Shown in pieces: positions 50,234-62,720 of a stretch of 64,000 nucleotides of DNA; the first letter of the stretch is position 1, and every line of letters starts with the position of its first letter. The stretch comes from Balanoglossus misakiensis (lineage: Eukaryota; Animalia; Hemichordata). The position numbers were made by a program, and so were the translations under genes. Under the pieces are notes generated by a model. It ran no database searches. It was given only the letters and a program-made list of their open reading frames with translations, and was not told where the DNA came from. The DNA is taken from positions 14,732,550-14,796,549 of the forward strand of contig CM082579.2 of assembly GCA_040954595.2 (NCBI GenBank), read 5' to 3'.

Positions 50234-52800
50234 GTGTTACGGTACCACCTGCTCCACAATAACAAAGCTGACTCGAGCCAACGAACGACGTACAATTTAC
50301 TCGCACGGTGTAATATAACGCACAAATTCCATGCGACTGTGAGTTTACTGTTTGGTGCTGTAACGCTTCCCAAAGTCAGAATTTCGATGTTGGGGGGACC
50401 CTCTCGCCCTACCACGACCAGTTTTTGCGAGAAGGAGTGTACATGTACTTGTAAAATAACATTAAATGCCATGCTTACCAGAGAAACGACATCATCAAGC
50501 ATGGAGGCGACCGGGACCTCCATGCTTGATGAACGTCAAAGCTGCAATGATTTTTCAAATGCAATGGTCAGCGGTACGAGAACGAGGCACCAGCTGTGCG
50601 TCAATTATGCAACTTACTTACTACTCAATCAGAATCCTGCTTCAACATGACGTAACACTAATTAGTCAAAGAATGCAATGCAACGTATGTGTGCGGGTGG
50701 AGAATGCGCCTCACGTCAATGCAGACACACCAGACACACACACTGAAATGCAAATTGAGGAATTATGTCACGGTGTTCTTTGGAAGTGCGAATGAATAAA
50801 ATATTTCGTTTTCTTCAGTGTTTTTGTACTACAAAAAAAATTGCTAAAAAACGACTAGCAAGCGCTTATGCAATGAAATACAAATAAATATAATTATCGC
50901 CAATTGGAAATGGAACGTCAATCCGCATTTGTCAAAAAATAACAGAAAAGACAAAGGAGCTGAGACGTCCTAAAATAAAAGGAATGACCTCTCTGTTCTG
51001 ACCTGTATGAGGAAGCCCTATTGTAATACGCAATATGTAGGATCATGCTACCATCCGCCATTCTGATTGGACGAGAGATCAATCCATCGATACGAAAGTA
51101 CTCCATAGAGCACTGCTAAAACTGGCCCCTGAACTAATAGCATGCAACAGGGAAAACGTGACTAAATAAAAAAAAATATAGCTGATAAATTTACGGACGG
51201 CCGGTTTATTTTTTAACTGCTCTATTGGAACTGTTGTCACTGTCATGCACGATGCATGTCTTGTCATTGCGCACTCGTGTTAACATTCATCAGAGCGCCT
51301 TTCGATCAATTCGTAACGTTTACATTAGACTCGAGTTCATTTTCGTTATGAAAATGACATTGATATACACAAAGTCGATTACTGATATAAAATAATAGCA
51401 ATAACCCTAACCATAGATTAGGCTATAGCATTCCGGTATTTTTTTCAATATCACTCAGGAAGGATTCTATAACAGTCTGTTTTGTATCGGGATGTATAAT
51501 TTAATATCCATACTACAAAACAAATATCAGCGGTAACTCAGAAAATATTGTTGAAAATTTGTTCTCTGTAGGCCTAACCATGGTAAGATAATGCAATGCC
51601 GGTAAGTATTTTGGAAGTCAAGGTTGCATTGTATTGTCTGGTGTTCAAATAATCACAAACATCCCGGAAGACTAAATTCTTTCTGTCAAAACCACTTCTG
51701 CAACGACAAGAACTTTCAGGGCAGGCAAAACCATGGCATGAAGACGATATGAAGTCGATGAGTTAATGTTATGTTGAACCCGGCCACTTTACGTATCTTA
51801 ACTATTCACACATTGACCATTCTATAATTCTCTCCCTTTTAATGTCTTCTTTGTGGTTTGTTTGTAAAAATGTTGCCTGTGTTGAAACTTGACTACTTGT
51901 CACTTTTGCCTACCAAGAATAATATGACCAAAAGGGGTGGCATGAAATTCTAGACTGTAACAAAACTCGATTTCATGACCCAAAGTTTGATTTTATGTGT
52001 TTTTGGTTTGGACGTGGCAAAGACATGTAAATTCCGACCACCTATACACCATCCATACATGTATGAATCGACATCATTTATTGCACGAGAGACTTCAAGC
52101 AAGCATTCCATCATCGCAAAAGGACAAAGAGAGAGCGACTTTGTCTCTTTAAATTAATTTAGCAAGTTCAAAGTGAATGCCCACATGAAAACCTTTACTC
52201 AGCAATTTTTTTTGTAATTAATAAAACTAGGTTTGGTATGTTTTTGCGCTTGTTTTATTTTCCTTTTGTCTATAAATAGTCGTATATTTTAAAACAGCTA
52301 AAATGAGTCAAATGGGGCATTTTTCCATCCCACCTCATCCTAGCTAAGAGCTTCAGTGCCGGTCACCTCCACAAAATTAATTTACCACGAACAAATTGAA
52401 ATACAGCCAATCGGAAAAAGTGCGCCACCACATGGTCATTTGAAGACTTTTATGCTCTCTTCTGGCCGTAAACGCATGTGATCTGGAATAAATCGAACAT
52501 CGATCGTGTTTTATTTATTTTCACCACCAGCGAAAATCTACGACGGCCCAACCGCAGATTATTGCTGCTCCATACAACAACCGGCTTAAACTGTTCTGTG
52601 CATGTGTTTTGTGTTCTGGTGGCGTTTGCGGGTCTGAGACGTCATTTGTAGAAGGCCCTATTCGTTTTCTACCAATAACTTTTACCAACCATGCTAGAAC
52701 TATTTCGTTTTCTTTGACGACGCTTGACACTTTTCTTGCTTTGTTGTTAGTACATGTAGTTTGTTTGTTCGTTACGTCTGTTACTGGGGTTCTTCACTTG

Positions 52801-55800
52801 TAGTCTGGTTACACTATGAGATAGGTGCCGTTAATCAGAATTTTTGGTAAGGAAGGTTTGAGAAGTCCATTCTATGTAAAAAATGGTGCTCATTCCAAAA
52901 AAGTCAGTCTTATTAACCCCACTCAAGACAAAATTGCCATTTTGGCCATTTTTAACCCCAAAATGGTCTTTTTTTAGAAAACACTAAAAACACATTGTTT
53001 TCGTCACATTCTGAGATCTGATAACATATGATATGCTTATTCTATGTAAAATTTGGTGAATATTACGAAAAAAGTAGTTCGATTGACCCAAAACAACAGA
53101 AAATTGCCTTTTTGACCAATTTTTGCCCCAAAAACGTCATTTTTAGAAAAAAAATAAAACACACGGTTTTCTTCATAATGATTGATCTGGTGATATATGG
53201 AAAGTCAATTCTATGTTAAAAGTGGTGACTTTAAAAAATAAAGCAGTCTTTTTGACCTCAATCAATACAAAAATGCCATTTTTGGCCACTTTTTGTGGTC
53301 AAAAAAGGTCATTTTTACAAAAAAACTAAAAATAAATTGTGTTTATCATATTCAGAGATCATTGGATATATGAAATGTCCATTCTATGTAAAAAATGGTG
53401 CTGATTCCAGAAATAGCAGTCTTATTGACCCTACTCAAGAAAAAATGCCATTTTTGCCACTTTTTGCCCCAAAACTTCATTTTCAGAAAACACACAAAAT
53501 TTATATATTTTCTTCACTTTCGGAGATCTGATAATGTATTATATGCCCACCCTATGTAAAATCTGGTGATTATTCGAAAAAAGCAGATTTATTGACCCAA
53601 CCTAATGCAAAAATGCCCTTTTGGAAAGTTTTTGCCCCAAAAGGCCATTTTTAGAAAAAAATTTAAAAACAAACTTTTCTTCATAAAGCTCAGAGATCAT
53701 GTGATATATGAAATGTTCATCCTATGTAAAAAATGGTGCTGATTCCAGAAATAGCAGTCTTATTGATCCTACTCAAGAAAAAATGCCATTTTGCCACTTT
53801 TTGCCCCCAAAACGTCATTTTCAGAAAACACTCAAAATTTATATATTTTCTTCACTTTCGGAGATCTGATAATGAATTATATGCCCACTGTATGTGAAAA
53901 ATTTCCAAAAAAGCAGTTTTATTGATGCCACTCAAGATAAAAGTGCCTTTTTGGCAAGTTTTTGCTCAAAAAGTGTCATTTCTAGAAAATACGAAAATTA
54001 TGCCATTTTCTTCCCATTGGTGATCAAATGATAAATAAAAGTACTAAAAAACCCACTCTTACTGACCCCACTGAGGGAAAAAAATATCATTTTGGCCTCT
54101 TTGCTCAAAAAGGTAACTGTTAGAAAAAATAAATACAAACTTATTCCTTTATATTCAGAGCCCTTGTGATGTATGTAAATTCGTTTTTTTTGTGTGTGTG
54201 TGTGCAAAAAATATGCTGATACCAGCACAACGGTCTTATTGAGACACCCCGCTCAGTACAAAATTGCCATTTAGCCATCTTTTGGTCAACAATAGGCATT
54301 TTCAGAAAACAAATATAATTGATGTTTTTGCCTTTTGTGTTCTGATGTTGTATATGCATATTTAAAACGCCATAACCATATAATGTCAATTAAATTGATG
54401 ATATTGAAAGACAGGGTTGCCACAATTTGGCAAATTTAGCCCAAAACTGAACTTAACAATAAGATGATCCATGTATACGCACTGTCTACTATAAGTCGAT
54501 TATGCGTGGTGTGGAATATTTAGGTTCAGATATGCCAGCTCGGGAGAGAGTGTTGAAATTTATTCTCTTCAATCTGAATACAAAATCAGAAATTATATTA
54601 TAATTTATATCATGATACCTCCGTCATACTGATTGGACAGGAGTGCAACGATGCTAGAATACTCAATAGAGCACTGCTAAAACTGGCCCCTGAACTAGCA
54701 CGCAGCAGGAAAAATGTGGGTTTAAACTAAATAAACATAAAACCCTTGACGTTTTAATTTGGAACTGCTGTATGGGAAAATTTGGGCAATGTGCAATGCC
54801 TTTCTTTTGTCATCTGTATCATGTTTAGAGCTTGGTCCCGGGCGGCGTGTTTACATTCATTGACGCGAGTTTTGTTCCATTCGTAACTTCTTTTCCTCTC
54901 GACGCTGTTTCATCATCATTATGAGTTCAACTTGGGCTAATTTTGCAAAAACTCCAAATACAAACATTTTTTCGGTACAAAATGGCTAAAATGATAATTT
55001 TTTCTTGAGTAGATCTATTTTTGGCTACAAATAGCAAAAAAGGCAATTTTGACAACCAGAGTGCCGTTTTTGGAATAGTCACCAAATTTTACACAGAATG
55101 GACTTTTCATACATGATCAGATCTCTGAATATGAAGAAAACAATTTGTCTTTAGTTTGTTTGTTTTTAATGAACATTTTTGACCAAAAAAGTGGCCGAAA
55201 TTACAAATTTCAATTGAATAGGGTAAGTAAGACTTCCGTTTTTGGAACAGTAACCACGTTTCAATATAGAATGGGCTTTTATTTATAATAAGATCACCGA
55301 AAGTGAAGAAAAGAGAATGCTTATTAATATATTCTTAAAAATAACAATTTTGTGCAAAACTTAGCCAAAAAGGTGATTTCATCATGGTTGAGGTAATTAA
55401 GACTGCATTTCTGGAATCAACACCTATTTTACAATAAATGTACTTTTCACACATCATAGAATCTCCAAATAAGAATCAAACAGTTTGTTTATAATGATTT
55501 TCGAAAAGTGGCTTTTTGGGCAAAAACTTGTCAAAAAAGCACTGTTTTCTTGAGTGGCGCTAGTAATTTTTTTTTGAATTTTTTCACATAGAGTGGGTAC
55601 ATAATACATCATCATCTCCGAAAGTGAAGAAAATATAAAAGTTTTGGGTGTTTTCTAGAAATGACACTTTTTGGGCAAAAACTTGCCAAAGGGCACTTTT
55701 ATCTTGGGTGGCATCAATAAAACTGCTTTTTTGGAAATTTTTCACATAAAGTGGGCATATAATACATTATCAGATCTCCGAAAGTGAAGAAAATATATAA

Positions 55801-56873
55801 ATTTTGAGTGTTTTCTGAAAATGACGTTTTTGGGGCAAAAAGTGGCAAAAATGGCATTTTTTCTTGAGTAGGATCAATAAGACTGCTATTTCTGGAATTA
55901 GCACCATTTTTTACATAGTTTGAACACTTCATATATCACATGATCTCTGAGCTTTATGAAGAAAAGTTTGTTTTTAATTTTTTTTTCTAAAAACGGCCTT
56001 TTTGGGTAATAACTTTCCAAAAGGGCATTTTTGCATTAGGTTGGGTCAATAAATCTGCTTTTTTGGAATAATCACCAAGTTTTACATAGGATAGGCATAT
56101 AAGTGAAGAAAATATATAAATTTTGAGTGTTTTCTAAAAATGACGTTTTGGGGCAAAAAGTGGCAAAAATGGCATTTTTTTTCTTGAGTAGGGTCAATAA
56201 GACTGCTATTTCTGAAATCAGCACCGTTTTTTACATAGAATGGACACTTCATATATCCAATGATCTCTGAATATGAAAAACACAATTTATTTTTAGTTTT
56301 TTTGTAAAAATGACCTTTTTTGACCTCAAAAAGTGGCCAAAAATGGCATTTTTGTATTGATTGAGGTCAAAAAGACTGCTTTTTTTTTAAAGTCACCACT
56401 TTTAACATAGAATTGACTTTCCATATATCACCAGATCAACTATTATGAAGAAAACCGTGTTTTTTAATTTTTTTCTAAAAATGACGTTTTTTTGGCAAAA
56501 AATGGTCAAAAAGGCAATTTTCTGTTGTTTTGGGTCAATCGAACTATTTTTTTCGTAATATTCACCAAATTTTACATAGAATAGGCATATCATATGTCAT
56601 CAGATCTTAGAATGTGACGAAAACAGTGTGTTTTTAGTGTTTTCTAAAAAAACACCATTTTTGGGTTAAAAATGGCCAAAATGGCAATTTTGTCTTGAGT
56701 GGGGTCAATAAGACCATTTTTTTACATATAATGGACCTCTTAAACCTTCCTTACCAAAAATTCTGATTAACGGCATCTAGCTCCTGGACTAGGTCCCCTG
56801 CCCCATTCCCACTGCCATCGGCGCTACGCTCAAGGGCGCAGCCAGCGGTGGGAATGGGGCAGGGAACAGACTA
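52801..56873. mobile_element. outer small element with TAGTCTG...CAGACTA ends and 9-bp TSD (AcademH-like, tentative) hosting the foldback element
   Basis: CTTCACTTG at 52792-52800 and 56874-56882; GC-rich hairpin at ~56793-56866. Confidence 0.6.
52822..56779. mobile_element. ~4-kb foldback (FB-like) element with 1.5-1.8 kb inverted arms built of ~170-bp subrepeats
   Basis: TAG(G/A)TGCCGTTAATCAGAATTTTTGGTAAGGAAGGTTT inverted at both ends; CTATGTAAAA..TGGTG anchors at about 52871, 53041, 53210, 53383, 53551 and 53721; no convincing ORF. Confidence 0.85.
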
Positions 56874-56977
56874 CTTCACTTGTGGAATAAAGTGCTCATT
56901 TCTTGTGTATCTGCATTTTGTCGATGTTATCGCTCCTCTGGCAGAGAAGCCAGGGTGCTAGCTGTTGGCTTTAATAA

Positions 56978-57231
56978 GGGACTGTTCAGAATTTACTTCC
57001 AGGGGGCGGAGAATTTTCAGAGGGGGGGGGGGACCACCCATTTTCTCCAAGACAAATTAGGGGAGACTAGACATAAAAGTCACAATAGGGGGACCATGGA
57101 AAATCCCCAGGAAATTTAAGGGGGGACCACATATTTCCTCCACAATTTACTAGGGGAGACCATGGGAAAAAATCACCAGGAAAATAAAAAATCCTCCATC
57201 CCCAACTTGGAAGTAAAATCTGAACAGTCCT
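56978..57231. mobile_element. PIF/Harbinger-type MITE
   Basis: TAA-GGGACTGTTCAGAATTTACTTCCA...TGGAAGTAAAATCTGAACAGTCCT. Confidence 0.7.
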
Positions 57232-58728
57232 TCATGGTTGTTTGTTTGTTTGTTTGCCTGTTTGTTTATTCGTATCTTTGTTTGTTTGTGTATTCTATCT
57301 CATTTAATATGATGCTTCTGTCACATTTGGCATTTACTGTCGCATAAACAATGACCGAACCGACTCGACTGCGTTTGGATGCACGATGGACTTAAGAGTG
57401 AATCCATCGGTGTTTACCGGCCAAAACAAAACCGTTTGATTTCTTTAACACTGTTGCAACAAGTGAGACCCTAGTACATGTAGTATATAAATCAGAAGTC
57501 CGGTGCATGTTTGCCAGTGACACCTACCACAAAATGGTATCGCCCAAATAATGTTGGGCGCGCCCGTGGAAGTTATAAGCCCGGCGCTTTTTCCTCATGA
57601 TTAATAAAACAGTTAACACAACATTGGAAATTCAGCCAATTTGTCCCTGTTTTGTAGAAATAGTGCGAGCTATACATGGCGAAAAGTTTTTCAAAAAATA
57701 GATCAAAATGGGAATTCAAATTAGTGAATATTATTGGCACTTACAGAGTTTTAATTCAAAATAGAGGATTCATTCCAATGAATATGCAAGTCAAGAAGTC
57801 ACATAGGGATCATGAAAATGACCTATTGATCATGTCATGATGATTATGTACAAGAGAGAAGTAAAAAACTGGTTATTGCTTGAATTTCATGTTTCTTTTT
57901 AATCAGATGTAGTCAACAGTCTTTCAACAAGTCTATAACATGATTTTGAAATGATTTTCAAAAGTACACAATTCCATATGAAAATGTTACTTTAAGATTT
58001 GTAAATTTTTCTGTATATTTGAGTTCACGTGCATAGGCTGACTCAAACATTCTTTGCATCAACATTTACCGTCCTTTCAAAAATCTTGCCTGTAGTCCAG
58101 GTTTTACATTTGCACTTAATAGCATTATAACACCATCATGTCATCCACATGTTACCCTCACAGCCAGTCACTGTGTGTATATTGTGATTCATGAAGTACA
58201 TGTAGTGCTACATATTTTTGTGGAGATGAGACACACACACACATAGCAACCGATAGACAGACTGCTTGATAATATGCTCTGACTGATCCCTAAAGCTGAA
58301 ACTTGTATGTGTTTGTACATACAACACAAAGGAACTAAAAATAGGGCATTCACATAGGGACCATTGAAAGTTTTCTGAAACATCTCAACTCAAACATTGA
58401 CATAAAAAATACTTTGTGAACAATTAAAGTCTTCCTGGAACGTTTCAGATTTGAGACGGTTTTGCCAGCCAGACCTGATCCGGTGTAATGATTAACACCT
58501 CTTCGCAACCCATTGTCTATGGGGCCGAGCCTCGCAGTGCCTATACATAAACTTTGTGTGTGTGGACACAAACGACTCAAAGGATTAATGCTCTGTGTTT
58601 ACCATAGGCAAATAGTGTCTCAAATTTTTCCCTGCCTGAACCTGGTATCTGAAATGTTTCTCATTTTACCCAGTGTAAACATGGTGAAAGACAAAATGTC
58701 CTATACCTGTATAACATAGATCATAAAT

Positions 58729-59195
58729 TTATAATACCAGGGTTTACTTGGTCTGATTGAAGCTCTGTAATTGGTTGAAGCAAGGGTTTTTATTACATAT
58801 GTACCGTCGATTACTTGCACCGAGCGCGCGCGTAACATCGGTATTTGCACTCAGTGCAATACCAAAAACATTATGCTATACCTGTATGCAAATGAGTGGC
58901 CTGTTCACGAAACAAGCAATATCATTCCGCGGTCTCATTTCTTTCATTTTCGGTCTTTTTTTTCAAAATGGGATGAACATATGTAATAAAAACAGAACCC
59001 CATGGCTCAATCGTGCAAGCACGGCGTACCGGTAGTATTTGCACTCGTGCTGGCGGTGTATTCTTGCTGCCCCCCGCACGAGCGACAGCGAGTGCGGGGG
59101 ACGGGCGCAAGAATACACCGCCAGACACTCGATGCAAATACTACCGTTACGCCGTGCTTGCACGATCGAGCCATGGGGTTCTGTCATAACATTCT
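58729..59195. mobile_element. non-autonomous element with ATTGG head and 190-bp terminal hairpin (Crypton-like, tentative)
   Basis: Imperfect palindrome 58992-59184 with CGAGCGACAGCGAG apex; arm copy GTATTTGCACTC at ~58841. Confidence 0.55.
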
Positions 59196-59787
59196 CTACT
59201 AGAAGACCTGAACAGTAAATAACTGAAATAAAATACACAAAAGAGAATGCATCTGAATAGAACACAATTTATTAACTTGGATTGGTCATGGGCATCAGGG
59301 CGCTCTACTTAAGAAATTCTAGAACATGTTTGTACAAGTGGCATTTTCTTGAGCAGTGAGCAACGAGGCCTTTCTGGCATGTAATACTTAAAATCCAAAC
59401 ATCAGATTTTTTATCACACAAAATCATATTATATACAATGACATTATAAATGGTGTGCGCTTATATTTGGTTACGGATTTAAAACCTCTTTGAGGAAAAT
59501 TTTGCAGAGAGGTCTTGTATCTACAACCAAATAACCACTATGTTCATATCATTCAGATTGCTCAGTACTATCAGCGAGTTCACCAGTGGTTTCCAGAAAT
59601 CTATAGGCTAAACATATGCCATTTTCATTGTGCCTCCCCCCATCTATTTCAATACAATAAATAATGGCTGGCTTGATTTTTCACCAGGACTTTTCAACAA
59701 TAGTTTTTGTTAAGATATAGACAACATTCCAGATGTGTATGAAAACTCGAGGAAAATAATAACATTTGACCTGTCATCAGTTGTGAA

Positions 59788-60383
59788 TTAATTAAATATT
59801 TTCATAAACAACACATTATAATCAAATTTAAACTCGTATGTAATGAATAATCGTCTCAACATAAGAGCTGCTAAGGCTAGACTCAACAGCACTATCAACA
59901 CGAAAGAATTACTATTTTCTTGCTGACGTATCTGGCGATTATTCTGATTTGATAGTGTGTCGTTTCTTCTTCTGGGTTGCTCATACCCTTGCTGGCTGAC
60001 ATTTCTTTGTCGTATGTTTGTCTCTGTGGTAGCATTGTCATTGGCATTTCTCTGGGGGTGTTTTCTGTGTTGGCAGTTGCAGGTTCTGGTGCTAGGGGAG
60101 TGTTGACATCTGCCTGGGGTGTTGCATCGGCTGGCGGTTGAACGGTGTTGTCGTTGTTCGATGCCGCATCTCTGTGTCGTGGCGGCTGTCCGGCTCCTGC
60201 AAACGCAGCGTACTGAGAAACGAATGGGTTCGGGTATGACATCTGCTGGAAGTGTTGCTGGTATGCTGCGGCTGGATAGGGTGGGGGTTGTTGGTTCGCA
60301 GAAGCTACAGGCTGGGGTGTGTTTGTGCTTGTGCTTGTTGTGGCAGTATCAGCAGAGGTTGCTATGCTTTTCTTTGTCTCTTC
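59788..60383 (-). CDS. UBE2J1: terminal exon of a ubiquitin-conjugating enzyme E2 J1-like (tail-anchored ER E2) gene, with one frameshift
   Basis: Acceptor tttttatcctccacag|EETKKSIATSADTATTST...QQMSYPNPF... then, after a frameshift near 60054-60058, ...SNSFVLIVLLSLALAALMLRRLFITYEFKFDY, which matches the UBE2J1 membrane anchor as I recall it (VLIVILTLALAALIFRRIYLANEYIFDF); minus-strand AATAAA at 59268-59273. Confidence 0.75.
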
Positions 60384-62720
60384 CTGTGGAGGATAAAAAG
60401 AACACAGTGTTTTTGCAAAGGTCGGGGAACACTGGTAATGGATTTGGGAACCCCGTTAATATTCCTATAACCTCCTAATATAACCACATTGATACACCCA
60501 GGGGAACCCCGGTAAAATGACTGGGGAACTCTGGTAGACTGCCTGACCACTGTGACATTGGCCTTGTTCTGTTGTTTTAATTCGGAGTGACTGGGGTACT
60601 CCGGTAGATTTTATCTAGGTACCGCCCTTAACAAAAACACTAGAACAGAATCACAATTTGGAAGGCATGAGAGGCAAATACCATTTAAGGATGTACACGC
60701 ACAACATAAACTGATAAACAGTGCATGTGTGTCTGTTCCTGAAAGGATTACATCGATAATTGCCAGAAAACAAACTTCTACTATTGTCTTTTTCACGAAA
60801 TTTTACACATAGCTCAGACAAGTAAACGTAAATTCCTTGGTCAAAAAAAATTATGTGGTCACCAAGCTCTATTATGAGATAAATTGCGTTAAAATCTTCG
60901 CCCATAGACAAACCATTGGTGAAAAATGCTGAGACAGCAAATTTCTTCTATTATCAACTAAATTCATGGCTCTGTATTTTTTTTAAAAAGGGCAATGACC
61001 CCTACAATTTTTAACGGATTCTCATTATACATACACAGCATAATCCAAAAATCCACAATTAAAAGAATGACAATACTTTCAACGTGTATAATACCAGCAT
61101 ACACCTGTTTCAAGTCCAGTGTCCTAATACACCATCATCATGAATTGGAACTCAAAGCAAGGCCAATGAGCAAACCCAGATTGACAACTCATTACACCAG
61201 CAAAGTGGTTTCTTTATGGAAGTGGTGGTACCAATAAATACTTTATTCAAGGTAAGAATTTCTTATTGTAGCAGTATTTTCATTTCCATTCATGTTTTAA
61301 AGGCCTTTTTTGTAGATTCTGAGTTTCTATGCCAGACAAAGTATGATTATTTTTCCACTAATGCAGCCTGAATTAAAGTCAACATTTTTCACCATAGGTC
61401 TTTCTATGTTATTTTTCTATAGGCATGGACACATTTAAGTTTATCTCAAAACTGAGCACAGTGGTGAGCCTACAACTTATATGAATCACTCAATTTAATT
61501 TCATTTGGATGAGTTATGAGTGAAACTTCTTAAAATTACAATAGTAGAAAAGGGTTTTCTATCAATTCTTAATGTTATCCTATGGGAAGAAACACATTCC
61601 ATGAGCTCATACATGTAGTGTGTGCCATTCTTAACCCTTTCAGTATTATATGAATCAGATATAGAAGCTTGTTCAACGTCCCGTTGCGGCCAAGCCAATC
61701 AGATTGCACGTTATGTCAATCAAAACTGAAGGATACCTAAAGTTCTCTATAAGGCACCGTCTGATTGGTTTACTAGAGTTTTCAACGGGAGCTTCTATGG
61801 GAGTTGGTCAGATGTAGTGTGAGGCGACAGTATAAGAATACCGTACTGCGAAGTAAAAGACGTCGCCGTACCCTACATCTGATTTTAATCAGATTGTATG
61901 CACACATAAGCTGGTTTAGAATACTGATAAACCCTGATGAAACAATCTCAGTAAAATATATACAGATGAGAATGAGAATGCAGTTAAAGTTAAATATACA
62001 TTCGTTGTATCTTTTGGCTTTATTTCCAGTATTTTTGTTCTATGTAGCAAATGCGATTTCATGTTCTACTCCACACAGATTGTTACTTGTCAGCACAGAA
62101 TGTATGTGTATAATGGCCATTGTCATTGTTGACAATAATTCATGGATTCTAGTCTGGACTTAAATTCCAATTTGGCACAATAACAATGCTGACCATACAC
62201 ATATATGTTTCATCATGTTTCGGGAATTTGCACAAGAAACTGCTAAACAAAGATACTGAAAACATAGGAAAAAGGTAAAGGTAATGGAGCTTTAATTACA
62301 ATTCACACTGTATACAAAATCCATGTAAAAATTCAAAATACTGGATTTGTCAGCTTCAACTGATATGGGGGTCACACAAGAAATTGCTAAAACGTCTCAG
62401 ATCAAATACTGGCATAAATTATTATTGGTGAATGGTTTAAGTGGTCCTGAATCTTCTCAGATTTGAGACACGTCTCTTACCAGGTTCACACAGGGTAAAA
62501 TTTGAGACACTATTAGTCTATGGTAAACACAGAGCGTTAATACTTTGGGGGGGGGGGGGGGTTAGCTGGGCAGACCCGCCCTCCTTTATTTTTTGCCACC
62601 CTGCTATCTTACGCGCCGCCCTGCTTTCTTTTCATTCCCGCCTTGGTAAATATTTATTGTTTCTGGTGCACGCTCCCGCATGCGGCTGGCATTTGAGAGA
62701 ATGATATTTATTCAGTTTAG

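Noticed and set aside
53028-56593. Mirror-image K/F-rich ORFs on both strands
   Set aside because: They are translations of the foldback arms' A/T-tract subrepeats.
61099-61251. Plus-strand exon-like segment ending AAG|GTAAGA
   Set aside because: All three frames contain stops and no product or partner exon is recognisable.
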